Source of the DNA: an uncultured Ruminococcus sp.
GTDB taxonomy: Bacteria > Bacillota > Clostridia > Oscillospirales > CAG-272
Direction of reading: 5' to 3'
NCBI GenBank assembly: GCA_902782445.1
Contig: CACZNC010000003.1
Span: 3,040-67,039, forward strand
DNA: 64,000 bases
Position 1 is the first letter of the stretch; every line of letters starts with the position of its first letter. The notes under the pieces are model-generated. The model worked only from the letters and a program-made list of their open reading frames with translations. It searched no databases and was not told the DNA's origin. The translations under genes and the position numbers were made by a program. Below, piece by piece: positions 47,031 through 56,785 of this stretch.

Positions 47031-48173
47031 TCAATTCTCCGGCCGGGAAGCGCTGCCGCTCAGTCTGGCCGTATACCCGTCAAAGCTGTATGTGTGCTCC
47101 TCCGCCCTGGAATCCCTCGGAGGGAAATCCGTCGTGACGATCTGCGCTCCGCACCGGTCGGCATCGGCATACCTCTCGGCGCTGAAATCCGGGTAATCGT
47201 CCGCGCGGGTCCGTACCATGAGGCGGAGAGCGGCTTCTTCCGGGTGCTCCGTCACGCTCTTCGGATTGTTGTCCAGAATGAAGGACGCGTATTCCTCATG
47301 GATCCCGCCATATCGGAGGCACGGAAACATCGCCTGCGTCCGGATGCTCCTGTCCAGTTCGATGTAGTCCTCTGTCACGGAGCAGGGATGCAGGACGAAG
47401 AGGACCCGTCCCCGGCAGTCTTCCAGAAGCGGCCAGCCGTCGTCCGCGCGCATGGCGGCAAAGGATTCGTACTCCCCCACAGTCTCCCCCGGGGTCAGCA
47501 GCAGATCCCCCATGACCGAACGGATCACTCCGTCGAGAGCCATGGCGCAGTCCGCGTCGAAAGAGCGCAGGTTCCCGAGGGCAAATTTGATCTCCTTCGG
47601 CTCGATCAGAACGATCAGCGGGAGGTGGCGGGGATTGTGGACGGACCAGAGTTTCAGCTCTTCGAGGGCGGTTTCGAAATCCTGACAGGAAGAGCGGTTG
47701 TCGAGGAGGAAGTGGGTCACGCTGAACTTCCCGTCCCCCGCCGCCTGCACGTCCAGTTCCAGACTGCGGATCCCGTGCTCCAGCTGTTCCGTCAGGCCGT
47801 CCATCTCGAATCCGGCGAGCCTTCCGTCCACCGGGACCTTCGGGATCAGGCTAAGTGCCCGCAGAAGCGTCCGGTACGGCCATCCCGCTCGGGGCTGATA
47901 GCTGTTGTGGGTGGCGAGGAAGGACACTTCGTTCAGCCGGATCGAAGCGTCGGAGAGCGGAAAGGACGCGATGCGCTGTTCGTCCGAGGGGGTATAGGAA
48001 GAACTGTATTTCTCCCGGAGCAGGGACATGCGCCTGTCCTGATCCGCGGCATTGCGCCGAACCTGAAACAGCGCCGTGACGAAAGCGGTCAGGGCAAGGA
48101 GAAGGTACAGCGCAAGGACCGTCAGAATGAAAAATAAGATCCCTTTCGAAACAACTGCGAGGACATGACGCAT
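47031..48173 (-). CDS. Membrane-anchored PLC-like phosphodiesterase (PI-PLC X-domain-like)
   Basis: N-terminal transmembrane helix, then FLATHNSY ... IRSLELDV. GGGGAGGG RBS before ATG 48173. Confidence 0.65.
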   Translation of the reverse strand: MRHVLAVVSKGILFFILTVLALYLLLALTAFVTALFQVRRNAADQDRRMSLLREKYSSSYTPSDEQRIASFPLSDASIRLNEVSFLATHNSYQPRAGWPYRTLLRALSLIPKVPVDGRLAGFEMDGLTEQLEHGIRSLELDVQAAGDGKFSVTHFLLDNRSSCQDFETALEELKLWSVHNPRHLPLIVLIEPKEIKFALGNLRSFDADCAMALDGVIRSVMGDLLLTPGETVGEYESFAAMRADDGWPLLEDCRGRVLFVLHPCSVTEDYIELDRSIRTQAMFPCLRYGGIHEEYASFILDNNPKSVTEHPEEAALRLMVRTRADDYPDFSAERYADADRCGAQIVTTDFPPRDSRAEEHTYSFDGYTARLSGSASRPEN

Positions 48174-48412
48174 AGAGGTTCCCTCCCCTCGGATCTTTCG
48201 ACTGTCTGCCTTTTTTTGCGCCCCTGTCCGGTCTGCAGGTCGCCCGGCGGGGAAAAAACCTTTCCCTACGGATACGGGCGTTCCCTTCCCCGTTCCCGGC
48301 ACCTCCATTATACAGCGGGATCCGTCTTCTTTCAAGTCCTTCCGACACGAAAAAGCCCCTCCCTCCGCGAATTCTTCCGCATGGGAAAGGGGCGAATGCA
48401 TTGCTCTGCTCC

Positions 48413-49939
48413 TCAACCGATCTCTTCGTATTTCTGGAGCAGTTTTTCAAGGGACTTCATTGTCGCCTTTTCGTTCTTGGCGAGGGAGGAGGCGGCGTTT
48501 TCACAGTTCGTCGCGTTGGCGAGAACGCCCCGGATCTTGCCGATGGGGCTGTTCAAGCTGCCGCCGAAGATGTAGCCGATGTCCAGGTAGATCCCGTCCA
48601 CGATGATGTCGAGCATCTGGGAGGTCTCGGAATCGCGGGAATACTTCGATTTGAGGGCGGTCTCGAAGTAGGCGGGGGTCACGGTGCGGAAGGACTCCGC
48701 GCTCATGGCTTCGAGGAACGCCGCCACCATCGCCGGATCCTGTTCCGTGGTGGGGATGCTGAAGGAGGAGGACGCGTCGTGGACGTATTCGGCGTATTTC
48801 TCCTGCGCCGTGTCGAATTTCGGCATGGGGATGATCCCGAAGTCGGATTCCATATCCCGCAAGAGGTCAATGCCGGAGAGCATCCAGGTGGTGAAGATCG
48901 TCTGATCCGCCTTCATGGTGTTGAAAATGTCGTCGTTGTTGTAGGGCAGGCGCAGGGTGTTCGTCCCTTCGAAGAGGAGCTTGTGCATCTTCTCCGTGAA
49001 AGTGATCATCCGTTCGCAGGCGGCGTTGAAGAACCAGGTGCCATCGTCGTTCTTTTTCAGGTATTCGATCCGGGAGGCCCCGTAGAAGGAGTCCGCGCCG
49101 AGGGTGTCGGTGTTAGTGAAGTAGTGGCCGAAGATATCCCCCTCGTCCGCCTCGCCGTTGCCGTTCGCGTCCTGATAGACCGGCTCGCAGAGAGAGGTCA
49201 TCTTGTCGATGGTCCACTCGCCCTCGTTCACGATCTGATATATGTTCACCTCTCCGTTGTAGAAGGTGTCGAGCAGGGTCTTATTGAAGAACATGACGAA
49301 AGCGCCGGAGATCATGGTCTGCCCGACCTCGCCCATCACGGTGTAGTTTTTGCCGTTGAAATTGGTCTGGTCGAGGAAGGCGTGATTGTACCAGGGAGCA
49401 GTGAAATCCAGATAGGGCAGATCGTTCATCGGCAGAAGGATGTTCTCCATCGTGAGGGACATCATCGAATACATACCGTTGCCGAGGAGGTCGTAGTCGC
49501 CGGAGCCGGAGTGGACGGATTTCTGGATATCGGAGTTCGTGCCGCCGTGGATGTTGACGTTGGCGAGGATCAGATCCATGGCGATGTTCAGCCGCTCCTG
49601 GGCTTTCAGGTTGCGGGTGTAAACGGCGTCGTTGACGACCTCGCCGTTCAGCTCTTCCGCCTGAAATTCCATCTGGGTGTCCCGGTCGCCGCCGCGGGTG
49701 AAGAAGTGAAGCGTCGCTCCGCCGAAATCGAGGTCGTCCGGGAGGGAGTCCTTCACGTCGGACCGCCCGTTGCCTTCGGGTTCTTCCTCCTCCTGACTGC
49801 CGGGGGCGGGGGCCTCCTCGACTGCCGCGTTGTCCGCCTGGGTCTCCTTTTCCTCGTTCGTGCCGCCGCTGCTGCATGAGACCGTCTGAATGAACAGAAG
49901 AGCGGCCAGAAGCAGGGAGAGGATCGGTTTTTTCTTCAT
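48413..49939 (-). CDS. Lipoprotein, carbohydrate-type ABC solute-binding protein (SBP paralog 3)
   Basis: Signal peptide and lipobox TVSC. TAPWYN, ANGNGEADEGDIFG and DFGIIPMPKFDTAQ. Confidence 0.85.
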   Translation of the reverse strand: MKKKPILSLLLAALLFIQTVSCSSGGTNEEKETQADNAAVEEAPAPGSQEEEEPEGNGRSDVKDSLPDDLDFGGATLHFFTRGGDRDTQMEFQAEELNGEVVNDAVYTRNLKAQERLNIAMDLILANVNIHGGTNSDIQKSVHSGSGDYDLLGNGMYSMMSLTMENILLPMNDLPYLDFTAPWYNHAFLDQTNFNGKNYTVMGEVGQTMISGAFVMFFNKTLLDTFYNGEVNIYQIVNEGEWTIDKMTSLCEPVYQDANGNGEADEGDIFGHYFTNTDTLGADSFYGASRIEYLKKNDDGTWFFNAACERMITFTEKMHKLLFEGTNTLRLPYNNDDIFNTMKADQTIFTTWMLSGIDLLRDMESDFGIIPMPKFDTAQEKYAEYVHDASSSFSIPTTEQDPAMVAAFLEAMSAESFRTVTPAYFETALKSKYSRDSETSQMLDIIVDGIYLDIGYIFGGSLNSPIGKIRGVLANATNCENAASSLAKNEKATMKSLEKLLQKYEEIG

Positions 49940-50255
49940 CGTAGTTTCCCCTTTCATGCTATTTTCACAGGATCCGGTCCGTCATAAAGCGGGATCTATA
50001 TTGAAATGGGGCAGACTGGTTTTTTGCCTGTGGCTGTCTTATTATACCGGTTTTCGGGGATTTTGTCAACAGTCCGCGCCATGGGATTCGCTCAAATTTC
50101 ACGGGGCCGGGGGTGGGGACCTCCCTCTCCGGGAATTGACTTCTTCCCCGCTCTGTGATATAATCGGTTCACACAGATCCGCCGGAAAAAAGAAGGGACG
50201 CGCCTTTCGGATTTCCGGGACCGCGGGTCTGCTCCGTCCTTCGAGGAGTCCTTCG

Positions 50256-51641
50256 ATGTCTAAAACGCGCTTCAACTGGCCCGACTTCATCAAAAAAGTC
50301 GCTGTGATCGCCGTTCCGGTGGCGATGCAGAATCTTTTGACCACAACCGCCTCGATGATCGACACCATGATGATCGCTTCCCTCGGTCAGATCGAGGTCG
50401 GAGCGGTCGGTCTCTGCGCCCAGTTCTCCTCCCTGATGTTCAGCGGGTACTGGGGCTTTGTCGGCGGCGGGATGCTGTTCTTCTCCCAGTATTTCGGCGC
50501 GAAGGACGACGACGGCATCAACCGTTCCTACGGTCTGACGCTCACCTGCATGATGACCGTCGGTTTTCTCTTCGGCGCCTTTGCCCTCTTCTCCCCCTCC
50601 GCCGTCATGCGGCTCTATACGGACAAGACGAGCATTCAGGCGGTCGGCGCGGAATACCTCTCCATCGTGGGATACGCCTACCCGCTCATGGTGTTTTCCA
50701 TGGGGATGGCCGCCCTTCTCCGCTGTACCGAACGAGTGCGGATCCCCCTTTACGGTTCCGTCGCCGCCGTTGTCACGAACGTCTTTCTGAACTGGTGCCT
50801 GATCTTCGGAAATCTGGGCTTCCCCGCTCTGGGGGTCCGGGGCGCGGCGCTGGCTACGGTCATTTCCCAGTGCGTCAATACCGGGACCGTGATCTTTCTG
50901 GCGAAGAAGACGCGGCATCCCTATCTTCTCGCGTTCCGGCGGCACTTCCGCTGGGACCGGGCGCTGGTGGGCCTGTACCTCCGCAAATGCTTCCCGATCA
51001 TCATGAACGAGGTTTTGATCGGGATCGGGTTCATGGTGATCAATGTCGTTCTCGGCCGTCAGCCCGAAGAGGCGATCGCCGCTCTCGCCGTGTTCCGGAC
51101 GCTGGAGGGGCTTGTGATCGGATTCTTCGCCGGATTTTCGAACGCCTCGTCCGTTCTGGTCGGGACAAGGGTCGGCGCGGGGGAACCGGAGATCGCCTTT
51201 TCCCGGGCGTGGCGGCTGGTCTGGCTGTGTCAGGGATTCATCGGCACCCTCTGCGTCGCCCTCATTCTGCTACGCTCGCAGATTCTCACCCTCATGGGGA
51301 TGGAGGGGGAGAGCTACAGGATCGCGGTCGGGTTTCTCGTGATCTACGCGGCCGCCGCCCTGTTCCGCATGGGAAACTGGACCCAGAACGACACCTTCCG
51401 GGCCGCGGGAGACGCCACCTTCGGCACAGTCATGGAGATCTTGTTCATGTGGCTGATGGTGCTTCCCCTCGTCTGGTCCGCGGGCATGATCTGGAAGCTG
51501 CCGACCCTTGCGGTCTTCGCCCTGTCCTATTCCGACGAGCCGATCCGCTATATCATCATGCAGATCCATCTGTTCAGCGGAAAGTGGATCCGCCCGGTGA
51601 CGCCGGAAGGGATCGAAGCGCTGAAACAGTGGAAACGGTGA
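50256..51641 (+). CDS. MATE-family efflux transporter
   Basis: AVPVAMQNLLTTTASMIDTMMIASLG and 12 predicted transmembrane helices. GAGGAG RBS. Promoter TTGACT-17-TATAAT at about 50135-50163. Confidence 0.9.
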   Translation: MSKTRFNWPDFIKKVAVIAVPVAMQNLLTTTASMIDTMMIASLGQIEVGAVGLCAQFSSLMFSGYWGFVGGGMLFFSQYFGAKDDDGINRSYGLTLTCMMTVGFLFGAFALFSPSAVMRLYTDKTSIQAVGAEYLSIVGYAYPLMVFSMGMAALLRCTERVRIPLYGSVAAVVTNVFLNWCLIFGNLGFPALGVRGAALATVISQCVNTGTVIFLAKKTRHPYLLAFRRHFRWDRALVGLYLRKCFPIIMNEVLIGIGFMVINVVLGRQPEEAIAALAVFRTLEGLVIGFFAGFSNASSVLVGTRVGAGEPEIAFSRAWRLVWLCQGFIGTLCVALILLRSQILTLMGMEGESYRIAVGFLVIYAAAALFRMGNWTQNDTFRAAGDATFGTVMEILFMWLMVLPLVWSAGMIWKLPTLAVFALSYSDEPIRYIIMQIHLFSGKWIRPVTPEGIEALKQWKR

Positions 51642-51796
51642 TCCCATAAAGCAGATTCGGGACTCTCCCCGATTCCGGAACCGCAAAAAGAATTGCCATA
51701 GCGTATCCCCGCCGAAACGGTCCGGTACGCTATGGCTTTTTCGCTTATATCTCAGTCCGTATTGCGAACTGTCCGGTCACGGCAGTCTTTCGGGGA

Positions 51797-53317
51797 TCAG
51801 CCGCCCGCCTCTTCGAGGGCTTTCAGGAAGGCGTCGTTGGTCTTCTGGAGGGTCTTGTTGGCGACCTTCTCGGCCTTCTTGTACATGGAGGCGAATTCGT
51901 TGCGGTAGTTGCGGAGCTCGTTCATGATGGCCTCGTTGTACCCGCCGATCTGGAAGTACCAGCCCATGTCGTAAACGCGGTTGGCGAAGATGATGTCGAG
52001 CATCGCGGCGGATTCCTGGTCGCGGGTGGTCTTGCCGACGAGGGTCTTCTCATAGTAGGCGTCGGTCAGGCCGTACAGACCTTCGTTCGCCAGGCATTCG
52101 GTGACGATGCCGGTCCGGGTGAGGTCGGTGCCGTTGTTCGGGATGCACATGAACACGGAGTGCCAGGAACCGATGGTGGTGTAGTATTCCTTCTGGGATT
52201 CCACGTACTTGAAGTAGGGCAGGATGCCGAAGTCGTTCTCCATCTCGCGCATCTTCGGAACGATCTGGATCAGCTGCATGAGGAAGAGGGTCTCGTTCGC
52301 GGAGAACTTCGTGACGAGCCAGGTGTCGTCCCAGTTGGTGCGCTGGTAAGCGTCCGCGATATCCTTCTGGATGGCGAAATCGAGGAACTTCGTGACCGCT
52401 TCGATGACGGTCTCGTTGTTCAGGGTCAATTCGAGCAGGCCTTCGGAATTGACGGTGCAGCACTTGGTGCCGGTGCAGTTGACGATGCCCATCATGGAGT
52501 CGTCCCAGATCATGACGCCGAACAGGTCTTCGCGGTCCACCTGACCGTTGCCGTTGGTGTCCTGATGGACCTGGGTCGCCATGTTGATGAAGTTGTCCAT
52601 CGTCCACTGATCGCCGTCCACGAGCTCATAGGGGTTCTGGAGGTTGTAGTTGATGATCAGGCCCTTGTTGAACATGATGCAGTAGGTCGCATCGTTGTCG
52701 GCGGTGGAAATGTCGCCGGTGGTGTAGAAGAGCTGGTCGAGGATCTGCAGGTCGCGGTTCGCCACCTGATCCCACCACGGAGCCTCGAGGTTGATGTAGG
52801 GGACGTTCTTGATATTGTACAGGTAGTTGTTGGTGGAAAGAGAGGAGGTCGCGTAGCCGCAGCAGAACGCGAGGTCATACGCGCCGGTCCCGCTCTTGAC
52901 GTCCTGGGTGATGAGGTTCTGGCCTTCGCCGGATCCGACGTTCGCCTCGATATCGACGATCTTGACGTTGAGCTGGTCGCCGACAGTCGCGTTCCGGTTG
53001 AAGCGTGCGTCGTTGATGGCTTCGCCGGTGATCTCCTCGGCGTGGAAGTCGTTCTTCACGGTGCCGTATTCCGCGTTGGAGGAGCAGAGGATGTTGAAGT
53101 CGTCGCCGCCGAAATTGGAGTCCGCGGGAACGTCGGCATAGAGGCGCTCGGGTTCGGCTTCCACGGCTTCTTCGGCTCCGGGCGTGGTCTGGGTCTGGGC
53201 GGGATTCGAAGCGTCCGCGTCGGGAGTGGCGTTCTCCGTCCCCTGCGAACATGCGGTGAGCGCAGCGGGCAGGAGCATGAGGAGAGCGAGCAGGATGGCT
53301 GTCAGTTTCTTGTTCAT
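51797..53317 (-). CDS. Lipoprotein, carbohydrate-type ABC solute-binding protein (SBP paralog 4)
   Basis: Lipobox ALTAC. EAPWWD, TNGNGQVDREDLFG and DFGILPYFKY. GGAGGA RBS. Confidence 0.85.
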   Translation of the reverse strand: MNKKLTAILLALLMLLPAALTACSQGTENATPDADASNPAQTQTTPGAEEAVEAEPERLYADVPADSNFGGDDFNILCSSNAEYGTVKNDFHAEEITGEAINDARFNRNATVGDQLNVKIVDIEANVGSGEGQNLITQDVKSGTGAYDLAFCCGYATSSLSTNNYLYNIKNVPYINLEAPWWDQVANRDLQILDQLFYTTGDISTADNDATYCIMFNKGLIINYNLQNPYELVDGDQWTMDNFINMATQVHQDTNGNGQVDREDLFGVMIWDDSMMGIVNCTGTKCCTVNSEGLLELTLNNETVIEAVTKFLDFAIQKDIADAYQRTNWDDTWLVTKFSANETLFLMQLIQIVPKMREMENDFGILPYFKYVESQKEYYTTIGSWHSVFMCIPNNGTDLTRTGIVTECLANEGLYGLTDAYYEKTLVGKTTRDQESAAMLDIIFANRVYDMGWYFQIGGYNEAIMNELRNYRNEFASMYKKAEKVANKTLQKTNDAFLKALEEAGG

Positions 53318-53374
53318 GAAATCCTCCATTTTATGATTGAAAATGCTTTGCGGGTCTTTTCAGCGCGCGGACGT

Positions 53375-54859
53375 TCAGCCGCGTTCGCGGAGCTTTTCGT
53401 AACTCGAGTTGAGCTTGTCGATCAGTTTGCCCCACATCTTTTCGTTCTTCGCGAAATAGGAAGCGACGGCGTCGTCCTTCTTCGGGATCATGGTCTCGAC
53501 GAAGCGGTCGCACTGAACGTCGTGGTTGCGGGCGGTGTCGAAATTGCGGTTGCGGATGATCATCTGCACGATCTGCGAGGACTGCTCGTCGCGGACGTTC
53601 TTCGTGGAGGCGAGGACGTTGATGAGGTCCGGGGTGATGAGATCGTAGGACGCGGCGGCCATGCCTTCCATCACGGCTCCGACGAAGGCCGGATCGGGGC
53701 AGGAGACGGGAACGACCACCATGGAGCCCGCACCGGACACGCAGGTGGAGTAGTTCGGTTGGTCCTCGTCGAATTTCGGGTTCGGGAGCACGCCGTAGTC
53801 GTCTTCCATGTCGCGCAGGAAGGTTTCGATCTTCTGGAAGGTGATGCCGCAGAAGTAGGCGCGCCCTTCGTTGAAGACCTTGAAGGAGCGTTCGTGCTGG
53901 GCGCTCTCGTAGTTGGCCTCGGTGCCGATGAAGAGCTTGAAGAGCTTTTCGTAGATGGCGACGAGCTTTTCGAGATCGATGCTCAGAACCACCTGGCCCG
54001 CGTCGTCGACGTAGCTGAAATCGCCGCCCGCGCCGTAGAGAGCCGCCGTGCCGTAGTCATACCAGCAGGTGAGGGAGAAGAGGTCGTCGTCCACCTTGAT
54101 CTCGCCGTCGCCGTTGAGGTCCTCGGTCAGCCCGTCCGCGATGGCGAAGCACTTGTCGAGGGTCCAGGTCCCTTCGAGGGCGGCGTCGTAAGGATAGGCG
54201 ATGCTCTTGTTGTCAAAGAGTCTCTTGTTGAAGAGAAGGCATTCGGAGGTGAGCAGTTCTGTGGGAGAGATATCGCCGATGGCCATGAAGAGCATCCCGG
54301 CGATGGTGAGGTCCTCCTTCTCGTTCTGGTCCCACCAGGCCATGTCGAGCTGGAGGGAGGGCATCTTGTAGAAGTCATACAGGAAGCCGCCGGAGCCGAG
54401 GGAGTTCGCCGTGTAGTTGGTGAGGTAGAGGTCGTAGGACAGGTCCCCGGAGGAGGCGTCCTGCTTCACCATGTTGTTGATCGCGCCGTAATCCGCCTGT
54501 TCGGCTTTCATGGAAACATTGTAGAGTTCGGCGACCTTCGCGTTGCGGTTGTAGACGAGGTCGTTCATGGTCGCGCCGGTCAGTTCTTCGGCGATGATGT
54601 CGACCTGACGGTTGTCCTGGTTGGTGGAGATCATGCGGTAGTCCCGTCCGCCGAAATCTTCGGGGGTCAGGGTGGAGACCGCCGTGATCTTCTCCTCTTC
54701 GGTCTCCTCGGGCTCGACGCCGGGGGTGTCCGTCTGGGTCGTGCCGCCGGAACTTGCCGGGGAAGACCCGTCGTCCGCTTCGGCCTTGTTTTCGGAGCAG
54801 GAGACAAAGGCGGAGGTCAGCATCAGGCAGGCGAGAAGGATGCAAAACAGTTTTTTCAT
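53375..54859 (-). CDS. Lipoprotein, carbohydrate-type ABC solute-binding protein (SBP paralog 5)
   Basis: Lipobox AFVSC. DMAWWD, LNGDGEIKVDDDLF and DYGVLPNPKFDEDQ. Confidence 0.85.
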   Translation of the reverse strand: MKKLFCILLACLMLTSAFVSCSENKAEADDGSSPASSGGTTQTDTPGVEPEETEEEKITAVSTLTPEDFGGRDYRMISTNQDNRQVDIIAEELTGATMNDLVYNRNAKVAELYNVSMKAEQADYGAINNMVKQDASSGDLSYDLYLTNYTANSLGSGGFLYDFYKMPSLQLDMAWWDQNEKEDLTIAGMLFMAIGDISPTELLTSECLLFNKRLFDNKSIAYPYDAALEGTWTLDKCFAIADGLTEDLNGDGEIKVDDDLFSLTCWYDYGTAALYGAGGDFSYVDDAGQVVLSIDLEKLVAIYEKLFKLFIGTEANYESAQHERSFKVFNEGRAYFCGITFQKIETFLRDMEDDYGVLPNPKFDEDQPNYSTCVSGAGSMVVVPVSCPDPAFVGAVMEGMAAASYDLITPDLINVLASTKNVRDEQSSQIVQMIIRNRNFDTARNHDVQCDRFVETMIPKKDDAVASYFAKNEKMWGKLIDKLNSSYEKLRERG

Positions 54860-54900
54860 TCGGAAATCAGTTCTCCTTTCCTTGAACGAACGGCCGGAGA

Positions 54901-56394
54901 TCACTCTCCCGCGCCGAGGTCTTTCAACGCTTTGTCGATCATCTTATTGATGACCTTCTGCTGGGACGCGAAGGTGGAGGAGGGATCCTTTCCGTTCAAG
55001 ACGATGTTCTCCACCGCCCCGGACGCGCCGAAGCTGAACGCGTGCTCGAGTTCATACGCCCGGTTGTCGATCACGAGGTCGAGCATTTCCACGGACTCCT
55101 GGTCCCGCAGGTATTTGAGGGACAGGGCGACTTCGTAGTACGCGGGACGGAGCAGTTCCCTCGATTTTGCCGTCAGAGCCTCGAGGATGAACGCGCTCTC
55201 GGAGGGATCGGGGACGGACACGGGGATGGTCGCGTAGGATCCGACGAACCACACGACGTTGCGGTAGTTCTGCTGCTGCTCGTCGTATTTCGGGCAGGGC
55301 GCGATGCCGAAGTCCGTCTCCATTTCGCGCAGACGGATGACCATCTGCAAATTGGTGATCCAGAACAGTCCCCGGTTTTCCTCAAACATCTTCGTGGTGA
55401 GAAGATGATAGCCGAGGCTTCCGTACTGGTGATAGTTCAGGGAGACCGTCTTGTCGGTCATGAATTCGGAGATGTCGCGCAGGATCTTGTCCACGCGCTC
55501 GTTCCCGATCAGGGTGAAGACCGGCATGTCGTTCTCGTCCTTGTCGATCAGGTGATACCCGAAGGTGACGAGCATGGCCGTGGCGTTCTCGTTCTGGGTG
55601 AGGTTGGCGATGGCGTCGTCCGAGTCGAAATCGCCGTCGCCGTCCAGATCCCGGGAGGCCGTGGAGCAGAGGGTCTTATAGGTATCGAAGTTCCACTCGT
55701 CGTTCGCCACGTATTCGTAGGGCTTTTTCAGGCCGTAGTCCGAGATCAGCTGGAGGTTGATCATGGTGCACCACGTGGCGTCGTGGTTCAGGGTGCTGAG
55801 GTCCCCGGAGACCATATAGAGCTTGTGGGCGATCGAGAGGTCCGCGATCGAGCGCTCGTCCCACCACTTCCGGTCGAGCTGGAGATAGTCCTGCTCCGTC
55901 AGATCCAGCAGATAGCCCTTTTTGAGAAGCTCGCCGGCGATGTTGAGGGGCGGCATGACGACGTCGTAGGTCCCGTCGCCCGAGGTCACGGCCTGCGCGG
56001 CTTCGGAGGACATTTTCCCGCTGTCCGGGGCGTATTCGGCGATCTTGACGTTGTAGGTCTCGTTGACGTAGTTGTTCCGCTCGAACACCGCGTCGTTCAG
56101 AACTTCCGCCGTCATGGTCTCCGCCCAGATGCTGGATTCCTTCCAGTCGCTCCAGGTGGCGCTGTTCTTCGTCATGAAGGTGAAAGTACGCCCGCCGAAA
56201 TCCTTCTCGGGAAGGCCGGGATCGAAGGACTCCGCGGTCTCCTCGGGAACGGGTTCGGTCTCGGCCGCGGGATTCCCTTCTTCGCTTGCGGGACTGGCCG
56301 CGGGAGCGTCCGTATTCTCCTTCGATTCGCTGCATCCGGCGAGGGATCCCGCGAGAAGCAGCGCGGCGAGGAGGATGCTGAATTTCCGTTTCAT
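54901..56394 (-). CDS. Lipoprotein, carbohydrate-type ABC solute-binding protein (SBP paralog 6)
   Basis: Lipobox SLAGC. DRKWWD, LDGDGDFDSDD and DFGIAPCPKYDEQQ. AAGGAG RBS before ATG 56394. Confidence 0.85.
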   Translation of the reverse strand: MKRKFSILLAALLLAGSLAGCSESKENTDAPAASPASEEGNPAAETEPVPEETAESFDPGLPEKDFGGRTFTFMTKNSATWSDWKESSIWAETMTAEVLNDAVFERNNYVNETYNVKIAEYAPDSGKMSSEAAQAVTSGDGTYDVVMPPLNIAGELLKKGYLLDLTEQDYLQLDRKWWDERSIADLSIAHKLYMVSGDLSTLNHDATWCTMINLQLISDYGLKKPYEYVANDEWNFDTYKTLCSTASRDLDGDGDFDSDDAIANLTQNENATAMLVTFGYHLIDKDENDMPVFTLIGNERVDKILRDISEFMTDKTVSLNYHQYGSLGYHLLTTKMFEENRGLFWITNLQMVIRLREMETDFGIAPCPKYDEQQQNYRNVVWFVGSYATIPVSVPDPSESAFILEALTAKSRELLRPAYYEVALSLKYLRDQESVEMLDLVIDNRAYELEHAFSFGASGAVENIVLNGKDPSSTFASQQKVINKMIDKALKDLGAGE

Positions 56395-56707
56395 CGAAGC
56401 ATCAAACTCCTTCCGGGCGCAGAGGATCGCAACGGTAAGGCCCACTCTGCGCATGATACACTTGGATTGAAATATTATATCACTCATTTGTGGAGATTTC
56501 ATGAACTCGAAAGAAGTTTTTCAATTCCCCTCCCCATTTCGTCAACCTCCACAACATAAATGTGTCCGCTTTGGAGAAAACGACGGATCGGCCGGTTTTT
56601 CCGCCCTCTTCAGCCCCGGTTTCGGAAAGGCTCCGTATTGTTCCCTCGGGTGAATCTTTCGAAGTTCTGAATTTCATGAATAATTAATTAAGAATTCTCG
56701 TTTCCTG

Positions 56708-56736
56708 TTGACAAATCCGGGGAATGAGGGTATAAT
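56708..56736 (+). promoter_or_regulatory. Perfect consensus sigma-A promoter of the alpha-oxoamine synthase operon
   Basis: TTGACA (56708-56713), a 17-nt spacer, then TATAAT (56731-56736), in an AT-rich intergenic region. Confidence 0.7.
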
Positions 56737-56785
56737 AATCCCAAATATTAGTTCAGAAGTTTTAACTTCCCGGAGGCATATTCCC

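Noticed and set aside
50165-50255. Guanidine or other riboswitch in the 5'UTR of the MATE transporter gene
   Set aside because: The hairpins present do not have ACGR tetraloops or ykkC-like conserved boxes, so there is no support from sequence alone.
52160-55138. 992-aa plus-strand ORF, the longest in the track
   Set aside because: It is a shadow ORF antisense to two SBP genes. It has a low-complexity V/G/D/E/H/R composition, no RBS and no recognisable motif. The minus-strand genes have lipoboxes, RBSs and family motifs.
56480-56677. 65-aa minus-strand ORF in the AT-rich intergenic region upstream of the alpha-oxoamine synthase operon
   Set aside because: It has no RBS and no coding-like composition, and it lies in promoter DNA between divergent transcription units.
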